DNA from: a virus
Lineage: Duplodnaviria; Caudoviricetes
Virus record (IMG/VR): IMGVR_UViG_2061766007_000959
Strand: one strand, 5' to 3'
DNA length: 64,000 nucleotides
Shown here: positions 9,263 to 18,486 of the stretch, in pieces
How the letters are laid out: each line of letters begins with the position of its first letter
How positions within the stretch are numbered: the stretch's first letter is position 1
Translations under genes and position numbers: made by a program
The notes under the pieces: model-generated
What the model was told of the DNA's origin: nothing
The model's input: the letters and a program-made list of their open reading frames with translations, nothing else
Database searches by the model: none

Positions 9263-10801
9263 ATGAATTTTAAGAATTTAATGGGCGTAAAGACCGCAAG
9301 ACGGTCAAGCCTGAATAAAGTTAGGGACAGCCGTCGTATCAGTGACGGTCTAAGCACAGAGGAATATACTGAACTGAAAAAACAATTCGGTTCGTTCGTT
9401 GCTCAGAACAGACGTGATATTAAGAAAGTGTCTTTGGGCGACCGTGATATTGACGGTACACGTACATTTTTTGAGTTTAACACATATTATGTGGACAACG
9501 AGTTGTCTAATCAGACTATTGAGGAAATCAAAGACTATTACGAGAACGTCGCGTCAACATACGGTGAGTATCTGAATTACCGTAACACAAAGATACAGGA
9601 AATGTCTTACAGTGAAGAGGATGAGGTGCTGAATGATTTGATAGTTGAATTTTCAGAATACTTACAGGGTCGGTATGACGACAACACCTTGCGTGATTTT
9701 CTTTTACAAGCCGTTGTTTACGGTGGTACAGAGGGTATCGATGCGTTTGAAAAGAAACTTTTTGCCGCGCTCGGTGTTCAGAATAGCGAGGAAATAGAAG
9801 ACTATTTCGCTACCAATCCGAAAAACGTACAGTCTAAGTTTGAAATAGGTGATTCTGTCGAATACCAACAGAACAGTCATACTATTATCGCTGAAATAAC
9901 CGACAAAGAGTTTGGTTGGGAAGGTTGGGTTTATGCGATAGAAGGTGTTGACGAGAGCGGTGACTATTGGAAAGTTGAGTTGATGAGCGGCGGTGTTTCT
10001 GAGAAAAAACTAAAACCGCAGATTCCTGTTTCCGATTCCCGTAAGGTCAAAGACGGTTTAGAGTATAATTATATCTATGAGTTGGACGATATGATTAACG
10101 AAAAACCTATTGACGAGGTTATTAAAATGTTGGGTGATGATTGGACGCTGTCGAGGGATTTCACAGATGATAGTGTTATTGGTAAGCCGTGGCAGACTTG
10201 GTATTACGAGTTTGTTAGCGGTGACACAAAACAGGACGGTGACGAAGAATACTTAATATTGGGTACTATGAACAAAGGTGGCAGGGTATTTTATGTGAGT
10301 ACAAACTGTAATCAACCGCGTTTTGTAAGACCTCACAGACTTTCCGACAGTCGTCGTGTGAAAGATTCTTTGGGCGAGGACGAATACGAGGAATACCTGA
10401 ACGAACTCGGTGAGGGTCTTGACGAGGACGAGTTTATTATGGGTGGTGAATCGCGTCTCGGTATGCCTTACGGTACAGCAATGCGTCAGTACGACCCGAT
10501 AGCGTTCAACGTGGGTTACGACGAGTGGGTGCGCGAGAACGAAGACGATGACGACGAGTACAAGTTGGAACAGATTGCCGACCTTCTCGAAGAGGGCTAT
10601 CGTTCAGGCTATGACCCACAATGGGACTTAGACGTTACTGTTGACGGTCAGGATATTTCCGAGTTCAACGATGACGACAAAGACCTGATTTATCAGGACA
10701 TCGCATACGTTGTGAAAGACGGTTACGACAACTATCAGGGAATCGAGACCGAACTGTCTGACGGTTCTATCGTCTATGTTGATTTCACTCTGAATTATTG
10801 A
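9263..10801 (+). CDS. acidic multidomain polyprotein with repeated DSRRVKD-like linkers
   Basis: VRDSRRISD, VSDSRKVKD and LSDSRRVKD separate D/E/Y-rich modules. Confidence 0.75.
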   Translation: MNFKNLMGVKTARRSSLNKVRDSRRISDGLSTEEYTELKKQFGSFVAQNRRDIKKVSLGDRDIDGTRTFFEFNTYYVDNELSNQTIEEIKDYYENVASTYGEYLNYRNTKIQEMSYSEEDEVLNDLIVEFSEYLQGRYDDNTLRDFLLQAVVYGGTEGIDAFEKKLFAALGVQNSEEIEDYFATNPKNVQSKFEIGDSVEYQQNSHTIIAEITDKEFGWEGWVYAIEGVDESGDYWKVELMSGGVSEKKLKPQIPVSDSRKVKDGLEYNYIYELDDMINEKPIDEVIKMLGDDWTLSRDFTDDSVIGKPWQTWYYEFVSGDTKQDGDEEYLILGTMNKGGRVFYVSTNCNQPRFVRPHRLSDSRRVKDSLGEDEYEEYLNELGEGLDEDEFIMGGESRLGMPYGTAMRQYDPIAFNVGYDEWVRENEDDDDEYKLEQIADLLEEGYRSGYDPQWDLDVTVDGQDISEFNDDDKDLIYQDIAYVVKDGYDNYQGIETELSDGSIVYVDFTLNY

Positions 10802-10827
10802 TTTTAATTCCCAATTCAATAGAAAGG

Positions 10828-10859
10828 CACGGGGGACAGAATGTTTCCCGTGTTTTTTT
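10828..10859 (+). terminator. intrinsic terminator
   Basis: CACGGGGGACA-GAA-TGTTTCCCGTG plus T7. Confidence 0.75.
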
Positions 10860-10907
10860 GTTTGTCTGTAACAAATACTGTATTATATTTGCAAAAAAAT
10901 AACAATA

Positions 10908-11384
10908 ATGTCAGAACAAACAGCGAACATATTGGCGAAAAAAATCGCCGAGGGTACGGCGAACCGCGAGGAGCGCGGACTGTCCCTGAAAATGATAAAC
11001 ACCCAACTCGCCATCGAGTACGTCACGGGTCTCGACGACGTCAAGGCGTTTGTAGAGCGTCTGAAAGAGTTGAGAAAGAAAATGTCAGACAAGTTTATCG
11101 AGAAGGTCGAGAAACAGATGGACGCCGAGGAAATCGAGCCTGAGGTTATGTTCCAATACCTGACGACAATAAGCAACAAGGAACTGCAATTGGTGTCCGA
11201 GTACAGGAAACTGTTACAGGGCAACCGACAACTGTTCGACGAGGACACAATGTCAGAAGAGGACAGGGTCATTCTGCGCCTGTTGAGGTCGTTCAGTTCG
11301 ACAGACCAAAAACGGGACTTTTTCAAGATTGTCGCCGAGTATATGCAGGACAAGGGCGCGGTTGACGCTGATATTGTAGAATAA
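10908..11384 (+). CDS. helical protein, possibly terminase small subunit-like
   Basis: All-helical 158 aa ending in VDADIVE; weak inference only. Confidence 0.3.
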   Translation: MSEQTANILAKKIAEGTANREERGLSLKMINTQLAIEYVTGLDDVKAFVERLKELRKKMSDKFIEKVEKQMDAEEIEPEVMFQYLTTISNKELQLVSEYRKLLQGNRQLFDEDTMSEEDRVILRLLRSFSSTDQKRDFFKIVAEYMQDKGAVDADIVE

Positions 11385-11441
11385 ATATTTTTATTGTATA
11401 TTTGCGGAAAATAAAACAGTTTAACTTAAATATACAAGACT

Positions 11442-12026
11442 ATGAGAAACAGAATGACAAGACGCGTGAAAGACGCTTTTGACGAGGACGAAGAGCCTAA
11501 CCAACTGATAGACGTTGAGGTTACGTTTTGTTGGGACGACTATTTGTTTCAAGAAAACTATGAAGAGGACAGAGAAGAGTACGGACTGCCTGAGGAAATA
11601 GACAGTGAGTTGGTGACGGAAATAGCAATGGACATAGACCGCGAGTTGTGTCGGGTTATATCCGACTATTTTGGTAAGCATTATTGTTCATATCACAGTG
11701 GCAGTAACGGTTATGGTGGCGATTTGACTTGCTTTGACACAAGTGTTGAGGAATCTGTACTGTTTGACAAATTGAGCAGTTACGACATTCCGTTCTCGGA
11801 CGCTGAAATCAGGAACGACGATATTTACTTGCATTTGGACAACAGCAACAGCGGCGTTTACGGAATGTTTGGTAGCGCAATAGACGATTTTATCGACAGA
11901 AAATACACTGACGACGTGAGCAGAAGAATCGCGATAGACATTATGGAAATCAACGAAATGGGTGCTGACCTGTATATCACAAACCCGTCTGAACGTATTA
12001 TTCAGTTGGTTCAAGAAAATATTTGA
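11442..12026 (+). CDS. highly acidic protein with basic RRVKD leader
   Basis: MRNRMTRRVKD followed by a D/E-rich body. Confidence 0.7.
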   Translation: MRNRMTRRVKDAFDEDEEPNQLIDVEVTFCWDDYLFQENYEEDREEYGLPEEIDSELVTEIAMDIDRELCRVISDYFGKHYCSYHSGSNGYGGDLTCFDTSVEESVLFDKLSSYDIPFSDAEIRNDDIYLHLDNSNSGVYGMFGSAIDDFIDRKYTDDVSRRIAIDIMEINEMGADLYITNPSERIIQLVQENI

Positions 12027-12049
12027 TAACAACGTACATACGAATCAGT

Positions 12050-12083
12050 AAAACACGAACCTTAAAAAAGTTCGTGTTTTTTT
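12050..12083 (+). terminator. AAACACGAA/TTCGTGTTT terminator, copy 1
   Basis: Perfect stem plus T run. Confidence 0.7.
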
Positions 12084-12160
12084 ATAACAACCTGTTGTTA
12101 TATTAAAATTATTTATATATTTGCGTCACCGTTTCAATAGTGGGGCGGATAACTTTAACA
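12083..12160 (+). promoter_or_regulatory. conserved early-promoter module, copy 2
   Basis: TATAACAA-CCTG-TTGTTATA; TATATTTG at 12116; same hairpin as copy 1; TAACTTTAACA. Confidence 0.8.
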
Positions 12161-12170
12161 ACAACAGAGT

Positions 12171-12515
12171 ATGGATAAGGAATTTGAGAACGAGTTGTCG
12201 GAATATTTGGAAAATCTGACAATCGAGAACTTGTACGAGAAGACCGTCAGGGTCAAGGAACTGAAAGACGCTTACGAATCCGCCAAGGACGAACTTGACG
12301 CGTTCCGCGCGTTCTACTTACAGAAAATGCGCAACGAGAACCTAACGAAACAGGAGAACGACGACATTTCGGTCTTAATCAAGGAATCGTACGAATCAAG
12401 TGTCGTTGACACCGAGAAACTGAAAGCCGACGGTCTGTACGAGGCTTATTCAAAGAAAAAGACAGTTGACGCCTCGCTCGTCGTCAAAATCAAATCAAAG
12501 AAAATCAAAGGTTGA
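12171..12515 (+). CDS. coiled-coil phage protein
   Basis: Coiled coil plus DTEKLKADGLYEAY motif. Confidence 0.6.
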   Translation: MDKEFENELSEYLENLTIENLYEKTVRVKELKDAYESAKDELDAFRAFYLQKMRNENLTKQENDDISVLIKESYESSVVDTEKLKADGLYEAYSKKKTVDASLVVKIKSKKIKG

Positions 12516-12535
12516 ACTTTAAAACAATAACAACA

Positions 12536-12919
12536 ATGGAAATCAAATTGTCAAGACTGAGTATCGGTTTCCTTTCGGAAATCAAGGTTGTCAGCCGTAA
12601 CGAGTTTGAAATTACGGGTGATATTAGTATGAGAATGAAATACCCCGAACAGCGTGCTATCGCCCCCGAGTTCGCCGACATCGACAGGTTGCGCGTGATT
12701 TACAACCACGACGGCTTGCTCGAAGACATATACGGCGGTCAGGGCGAGCCTGACAGACAGCGTCTGTTCTTTGAGGTCGAGAGGTACGTCAACAGTTCGT
12801 TCGGCGGCGAAAGGTCGTTCGAGTGTTCCGAGGACTACTGCGAGGATTTTGAGGACGTCCGCCTGACCGACGACAACGCGATTGAGGTTTACGCGGAGAA
12901 CATAACACTGCCGATATGA
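12536..12919 (+). CDS. hypothetical protein
   Basis: ORF coupled to the next gene. Confidence 0.6.
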   Translation: MEIKLSRLSIGFLSEIKVVSRNEFEITGDISMRMKYPEQRAIAPEFADIDRLRVIYNHDGLLEDIYGGQGEPDRQRLFFEVERYVNSSFGGERSFECSEDYCEDFEDVRLTDDNAIEVYAENITLPI

Positions 12920-13302
12920 TTGAGGACTACGTACCGTACATAGCGGCTCAGACGCTGAAACAGGTCGGATTCAACGAGCCTACCAAGGCTGTGTTTATGA
13001 ACGGTCAGTGTATGCTGTTGGACAGTTACAGCTACAACTCTCTGTTCGGGACGAGCGACACCTGTTCCGCGCCGACAATGCAGATGGCTTTCAAATGGCT
13101 GAGGGACGAGCGTTACACGCACGTCGAAATAACAGCCGACGGAAACGGGTTCTCGTACACAATCAAGCACTATTCGATTGAGAAGGGGTGGGTCGAGCGC
13201 AAGGGTCAGGACAGAAAGACGTTTCCGACCTACGAGGACGCCGCGTGCGAGGGGCTTATTACAGGACTTAAATATTTATACTATTATGGGAAAGAAAATT
13301 GA
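12916..13302 (+). CDS. paralogous family protein, copy 4
   Basis: EDYVPYIAAQTLKQVGF...APTMQMAFKWLRD...TYEDAA. Confidence 0.75.
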   Translation: MIEDYVPYIAAQTLKQVGFNEPTKAVFMNGQCMLLDSYSYNSLFGTSDTCSAPTMQMAFKWLRDERYTHVEITADGNGFSYTIKHYSIEKGWVERKGQDRKTFPTYEDAACEGLITGLKYLYYYGKEN

Positions 13303-13729
13303 GAAAAAGGTCACGGATGACCTGAAGAGAATCGGCAACACGATTGACGACCTGTGTGACAAACTCGAAATACAGAGAGAGTTGGAACGCCGCGAAATAT
13401 ACAAGCGCGCGGCGACGAACCTGTTGCTGTTCAGGCTGAACACGTCGAGTTGTTCGGTCATAGAGTGTATGAATTGGGCTATCGAGCAAGCCAAGGCGTT
13501 CTCCGAGAAAGTTATGGAACACGCCTCGGACAGGGTGAAACCCGTCGAAATGTCGGACGAGGAAATCATAAGGGAGTTCCACGACCGCAAACTGATAGAC
13601 GACGCGCTGACCGACAACGACGTCGTCAAAGAGGTGTATGACCGAGGATTGGTCGCCGACATCCTGTTCACGAACGAGGACTTGGTCGAGACCTACGGTT
13701 GGGTCAGAAAATCAGAGACAGAGTTTTAA
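13286..13729 (+). CDS. hypothetical protein
   Basis: ORF with ATG at 13286; short internal repeat (SDEEIIREFHDR / TDNDVVKEVYDR). Confidence 0.6.
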   Translation: MGKKIEKKVTDDLKRIGNTIDDLCDKLEIQRELERREIYKRAATNLLLFRLNTSSCSVIECMNWAIEQAKAFSEKVMEHASDRVKPVEMSDEEIIREFHDRKLIDDALTDNDVVKEVYDRGLVADILFTNEDLVETYGWVRKSETEF

Positions 13730-13764
13730 ACAAATTATAAACAATTTTAAAAAAAACAACAACT

Positions 13765-14895
13765 ATGAAATTAGATTTGAAAACATTTCTGCCTAAGTTA
13801 GCATTAGCAAAGAAAGTGATAAACCCGAAACCCGTCATCACGGTTCAGGGGTGTTTCCTGTTGCGTTCCAAGGACGGTATGCTGTATGTGAACGCGTCCG
13901 ACACCGAGAACACTGTTTCGGTCGGCGTTAAGCCGTTGGAATATTCGGAAATGAATATCTGCGTCAACGCGAACGATTTTTACAGCGCGTTACTGAACCT
14001 CAGGGGCGAGGAAATAGAACTGACGCTCAACCCCGAGAAAAAACTTGTGCGTTGCGCCTACAAGAGCGGTTTTTTCCAACTGCCCTACACGGACGACGAA
14101 AATTCAAGCGCGGTGCTTGAAATACAGCCGAGCGACTATGTTATCGACAAGGACATAGACGACACGTTCACCCTGTCAGAGGCTATAATGAAAGCCGAAA
14201 TAGCGGCGTCAGAGGACAACCTGAAACCTATCCTGTGCGGTGTGCATTTCGATTTCAGGCAGGACGGAATGGTCGTTGTCGCCTGTGATTCGAGAAAACT
14301 GTCGAAATACAAGACCAACATAACGTTCGACATGGACAGAAAGGGTTTCGTAATGCCAAAGAAAGGCGCGAACATACTCACCTCTCTGATGTCGGAATAC
14401 GAGAGTGACACGGTCAATATGAAGGCAAGCGACAACCGCGTCCTGTTCACGGGCGAGGCTTACACGCTTTCGGTCGTCCTGACAGAGGGCGTTTTCCCCT
14501 CGTACGACGCGCTGATTCCTACGGACAACGTGTTCTGCGCGACCGTCAAGAGAAACGCAATGCTGAACGCCGTACAGCGCGTAGCACCTATGGAGAGCGA
14601 CAAGGACGAAATGCTTTTAATCAACTTTGACAAGAACGCCATGATAATCGAGGCAGAAGACGTGTTCCTGAAAAAGAAAGCCAAAGAGAAAGTGTCCTGC
14701 CTGTACGACGGCGAGCCTATGAGAATCGGTATGAAGTCAGACAACGTGATAACGCTGTTGCAGGCGTTGGACAGCGACGACGTCGAGGTTCATTTCAAAA
14801 CACCGAACACAGCCATTGTCATTCTGCCGCTGTCAGAAATGAAAGAGCGTCTGTTGACACTCTGTATGCCTATGATTATATCATACAACAAATAA
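13765..14895 (+). CDS. dnaN: DNA polymerase III beta sliding clamp
   Basis: 376 aa; ASDTE, PILCGVHF, ACDSRKL, EGVFPSY, LCMPM motifs. Confidence 0.9.
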   Translation: MKLDLKTFLPKLALAKKVINPKPVITVQGCFLLRSKDGMLYVNASDTENTVSVGVKPLEYSEMNICVNANDFYSALLNLRGEEIELTLNPEKKLVRCAYKSGFFQLPYTDDENSSAVLEIQPSDYVIDKDIDDTFTLSEAIMKAEIAASEDNLKPILCGVHFDFRQDGMVVVACDSRKLSKYKTNITFDMDRKGFVMPKKGANILTSLMSEYESDTVNMKASDNRVLFTGEAYTLSVVLTEGVFPSYDALIPTDNVFCATVKRNAMLNAVQRVAPMESDKDEMLLINFDKNAMIIEAEDVFLKKKAKEKVSCLYDGEPMRIGMKSDNVITLLQALDSDDVEVHFKTPNTAIVILPLSEMKERLLTLCMPMIISYNK

Positions 14896-14907
14896 AGGAC
14901 TGCGGTT

Positions 14908-15246
14908 ATGGTAAAACTGAAATACAAGGGTCTCAGGACGTTCAAGGGCGTCCCGTGCGGAATAGGCGCGTTACAGCGTTTCTACGGAATAAGCCGATAC
15001 CAATACAAACTGTATCTGAGCGGCGGTCTGAAAGGCGTGTTCTCGGACGACAAGCACAACCGTATAGAAAGGGCTGTCGAGTTGGAGAACCTGCGAGAGG
15101 ATTCGCTCAAACAGTTGGCGTTGCAGGCTAACAGTCAGAGCGGAAAGGTTGACGGCGACTTTATGAAAAAAGTCGAGGAAACCGCGATGATGCCGCTTAC
15201 ACTCACCCAACTGTATATGTTCCTGACCTTGGAAAAGGACGAGTGA
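14908..15246 (+). CDS. hypothetical protein
   Basis: 112-aa ORF. Confidence 0.6.
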   Translation: MVKLKYKGLRTFKGVPCGIGALQRFYGISRYQYKLYLSGGLKGVFSDDKHNRIERAVELENLREDSLKQLALQANSQSGKVDGDFMKKVEETAMMPLTLTQLYMFLTLEKDE

Positions 15247-15263
15247 AAAATTTTTCAGGGAAC

Positions 15264-15333
15264 GCTTGCAATATTAAAATTATTTATATATTTGCAGTGC
15301 CGCCGCGATATTGCGACGGGGGACTTTAAAACA
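15264..15333 (+). promoter_or_regulatory. conserved early-promoter module, copy 3 (degenerate palindrome)
   Basis: ATATTAAAATTATTTATATATTTGC; hairpin CCGCCGCG-ATAT-TGCGACGG; GGACTTTAAAACA. Confidence 0.7.
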
Positions 15334-15340
15334 TACAGAT

Positions 15341-15799
15341 ATGAGAACAGAGGATTTGTTAGCGGCTCACAACAAGGATTTCGCCACTATGTCAGGTGTT
15401 GAGAAACAGTATCACGCTTACGGTTACGTCGAGGGTGTGAACAAACCCGAGAGAATCAACGAGGCTAAGTTAAAGGAACAACTCACAGACCGAATATCCG
15501 AAATATCGGAAATATTCGAGGCTGACGACATAGCGGCGACGGTTTACGGTAACGCTATCCGTTTCGGCTTGGACTTTGAGGGCTACAAGGTCAAATTTGT
15601 GGGCGGAATTGTAAGTTACAGGGACAAGACCCGAATCGGTAGCGGCTCGTACACATATTTGTTTGACGTTGAGGGCAAAGCCGAGGTTTACGACGGCGAC
15701 AAACTGATACACACGTACCAATACGCCGAAAAGGATTTCGAGGCTGAGTTCATATACGACGAAATGTCTTATTTCGGTTGCAAGGAAACGGATTTCTAA
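15341..15799 (+). CDS. hypothetical protein
   Basis: First ATG after the promoter module. Confidence 0.65.
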   Translation: MRTEDLLAAHNKDFATMSGVEKQYHAYGYVEGVNKPERINEAKLKEQLTDRISEISEIFEADDIAATVYGNAIRFGLDFEGYKVKFVGGIVSYRDKTRIGSGSYTYLFDVEGKAEVYDGDKLIHTYQYAEKDFEAEFIYDEMSYFGCKETDF

Positions 15800-15818
15800 C
15801 CATTTAAAATATACAGCT

Positions 15819-15971
15819 ATGGACATACGCAAGGTGAACGAGATAAACGGTGTCAGTATCTTTATGGATATGTACACGCACAAGTATTTCTATTGGGAAA
15901 ACGGCAAGAAACGCACGTCGTATTATTGCGCGAACCTGATTAACCGATTAAAGAAAAAGAAACAGCTATGA
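15819..15971 (+). CDS. small hypothetical protein (50 aa)
   Basis: MDIRKVNEINGVSIFMD...; ATGA overlap with the next gene. Confidence 0.5.
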   Translation: MDIRKVNEINGVSIFMDMYTHKYFYWENGKKRTSYYCANLINRLKKKKQL

Positions 15972-16159
15972 ATCTGAATGACGCAATAGCCGCAGTTGAC
16001 ACTATCATAAGCGGCAAGAGGACAAACAAACCGTTCGATTGGTGGGAGAGAGCGGAGCAGGTGCTACGCGAATCAGGGGATATATTTCGTGCAGAGATAG
16101 CGCACGACGCCGCGATACGGGCTTACAGATTTGAGGAATGGCAGGCAGATTTAGCATAG
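15968..16159 (+). CDS. hypothetical protein
   Basis: 63-aa ORF. Confidence 0.55.
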   Translation: MNLNDAIAAVDTIISGKRTNKPFDWWERAEQVLRESGDIFRAEIAHDAAIRAYRFEEWQADLA

Positions 16160-16323
16160 ACGGTTACAAGAAGACGCTGTTGGACACCTTGGTTCGCAAG
16201 ATGGAACGGGCGACAGTCGGGACTTTTCAGCCCCTGTTGGACGAGTTCGTCGCCCTGACAGGGGACAGCGACCCCAAGGCTTTCGAGCGGTATGTCGAAC
16301 GTGAGAAACGCAAAAAAGACTGA
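16138..16323 (+). CDS. hypothetical protein
   Basis: 61-aa ORF. Confidence 0.55.
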   Translation: MAGRFSIDGYKKTLLDTLVRKMERATVGTFQPLLDEFVALTGDSDPKAFERYVEREKRKKD

Positions 16324-16557
16324 CGCTGTTTGTCCGTATCTGATTTTTTTGTTTATTTGCAACACTAACTACCAAAATAGTGGGTTGTTATGATTAAACG
16401 AATCAACAGGGTCGCGAGCAGTATCGTCAAGGTGATAACGAAACCATTGCTCACTATGGCGTTGCTGAGGTTTATGTTCAGTCTGCCGCTGAATATGCTC
16501 GCGTGAACATATTTCCGACATTTTTCCGTGGATTGCGCGGACTTTTGGTTCTTGGTT

Positions 16558-16592
16558 CAGGGGACGGCACGTGTTGTCGTCCCTGTTTTTTT
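16558..16592 (+). terminator. intrinsic terminator
   Basis: CAGGG(G)ACGGCA...TGTCGTCCCTG plus T7. Confidence 0.7.
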
Positions 16593-16601
16593 GTAAAAAA
16601 A

Positions 16602-16674
16602 TGTAACAAACGCTTGTTATATTGAAATTATTTGTATATTCGCGGTGTCAATATTGGCACAGGACTTTAAAACG
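16602..16674 (+). promoter_or_regulatory. conserved early-promoter module, copy 4
   Basis: TGTAACAA-ACGC-TTGTTATA; TATATTCG; hairpin GTGTCA-ATAT-TGGCAC; GGACTTTAAAAC. Confidence 0.7.
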
Positions 16675-16681
16675 TACTATT

Positions 16682-16861
16682 ATGAGAAAGTATTTTTATT
16701 TGGGAATCTGCGTTGTCTTGGCGGCTATCGCGGTATCAATCGCTGTTTACGGAATATGTGTTCCTGACAAACTGTATATGCTGTTAGAGGCGTTCCTTTA
16801 CATTGCGCTGTCTTACATATTCTATAACGAGTACAAGGAGGACAAAGAGGATGGCGTTTAA
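16682..16861 (+). CDS. small membrane protein
   Basis: Two hydrophobic helices. Confidence 0.6.
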   Translation: MRKYFYLGICVVLAAIAVSIAVYGICVPDKLYMLLEAFLYIALSYIFYNEYKEDKEDGV

Positions 16862-18392
16862 TCAGGTTTATCTGAAAGACGGGTTCGCGCTGTTCGACAA
16901 CCAAAAGGCGAACATAAAACGGTTGGTGACAATGCGCCGAGCGTTGCTCACCGACCGCGTCGGCTCGGGCAAGTCCCTGTCAACCCTGTATTCGTTCTGT
17001 TACCTGAAGGAAAAGGGGTTAGCCGACAGAATGATTGTGTTCACGCCGCTCAACGCGTACACGAAAAGGGTTTGGAAAAAGGACATAGACAAGTTCACGA
17101 AACTGTCCTGCACCGATTTCGATTCGGTCAAGGCTGAGACGGTCAGCGTCCCCGAACTGTTGGAAAGGTACGACGTGATATACTGCAAGCACACGCATTG
17201 CAAACAGGACTACGAACTGTTGCGCGTCCTATGCTCAGACCCCAAGACGCTCGTCGTCGTTGACGAGGTACACGCGTTCAAGAACCCGTCGTCACAATTG
17301 ACGATGGCTTTGAAACACGTAATTGAAAACACACAGTTGTTTTGGGGAATCACGGGTACGACCCTGTCACGTTCGTTGGAGGACACGTACAATATCATAA
17401 ACCTGATTAAACCGTGGCACTTGGGCGGATTCGTACATTTCCGCGACACGTACTGCAAGACCGTCGAAAAGGTTATCGGACGCAATCCTGACAAATCGTT
17501 GAAAAAAGCGATTGAAATAATCGGAATCAAGAACCCCGACGCGTTCAGGGAAAAGATTTACCCTGTCGTCATAACGGGTGAATCGTTCCTGACGGTGAAT
17601 TTCCACTATGTCGATTACGAACTGTCGGAACAGGAATCAATCATTTACAGTAAAATCGCGAACGGAATAACGCTCGACGGTGACAGTGACGAGGATTGGT
17701 TGCAGACGGTGTTGGGCGAGGAGAAAGTTTATGCGCCTGAGGTGCGTCACATAAAGGACGTGAACGCGCACTCGTCACGGTTCATATACTTGCAGAGTGC
17801 GGCGGACGGGGTGTTGACCGAGAGCGGCACGCAGGACGGGTACGGCGGCGTCAAAATGGACAGGCTTATGAGCCTGATACGGGAAATTGTCGGAAAACGA
17901 CAGTCGGTGATAGTGTATTTCGACTACTTGTGTTCGTTGGAATCGGCTGAGAGACGCCTGAGCGAACTGAACTTGGACGTGACATTCCTGAAGTCAACGG
18001 GGTCTGACGTCATAAAGGACGGCGTCGTGACCGAGGACGGCGCGAGGGAGAGACCGTATGTCATATTCGGGACACGGGCGTCGAGTGAATCGGTGTCGTA
18101 CTATTTTTTCAACAACGTCGTATTCTTTCACGTCCCGACAGTGCCTCACATATTCGTTCAGTTAGTTGGCAGGATAACAAGGAAAAACACCCTGTACCCT
18201 GACGACCTGAACTGTTACATATTCAGGTCTGACAACATCGACCTGTACAAAATGATTATGGTGTCGTCGAAATGCGCTCAGATGGAAATCACACAGGGCG
18301 AGGAAATGAACGTTCCGCCCGACTACAAGAACGTCATAAACGAAAAACAGACGTTGGATATGGTGCGGAAAATTTTGTTGTGGCGACGGTGA
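16851..18392 (+). CDS. SNF2-like (SF2) helicase
   Basis: DRVGSGKS (Walker A), VVDEVH (DExH), ITGT, QLVGRITR. Confidence 0.85.
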   Translation: MAFNQVYLKDGFALFDNQKANIKRLVTMRRALLTDRVGSGKSLSTLYSFCYLKEKGLADRMIVFTPLNAYTKRVWKKDIDKFTKLSCTDFDSVKAETVSVPELLERYDVIYCKHTHCKQDYELLRVLCSDPKTLVVVDEVHAFKNPSSQLTMALKHVIENTQLFWGITGTTLSRSLEDTYNIINLIKPWHLGGFVHFRDTYCKTVEKVIGRNPDKSLKKAIEIIGIKNPDAFREKIYPVVITGESFLTVNFHYVDYELSEQESIIYSKIANGITLDGDSDEDWLQTVLGEEKVYAPEVRHIKDVNAHSSRFIYLQSAADGVLTESGTQDGYGGVKMDRLMSLIREIVGKRQSVIVYFDYLCSLESAERRLSELNLDVTFLKSTGSDVIKDGVVTEDGARERPYVIFGTRASSESVSYYFFNNVVFFHVPTVPHIFVQLVGRITRKNTLYPDDLNCYIFRSDNIDLYKMIMVSSKCAQMEITQGEEMNVPPDYKNVINEKQTLDMVRKILLWRR

Positions 18393-18398
18393 ACAAAC

Positions 18399-18432
18399 AA
18401 ACACGAACCGTAACCCGATTCGTGTTTTTTTT
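18399..18432 (+). terminator. AAACACGAA/TTCGTGTTT terminator, copy 2
   Basis: Same stem as at 12050 and 37495. Confidence 0.7.
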
Positions 18433-18486
18433 GTTTCGTCCCGTAACGAAAATATTGTATATTTGCGGTAATAAACACAGTGTGTT

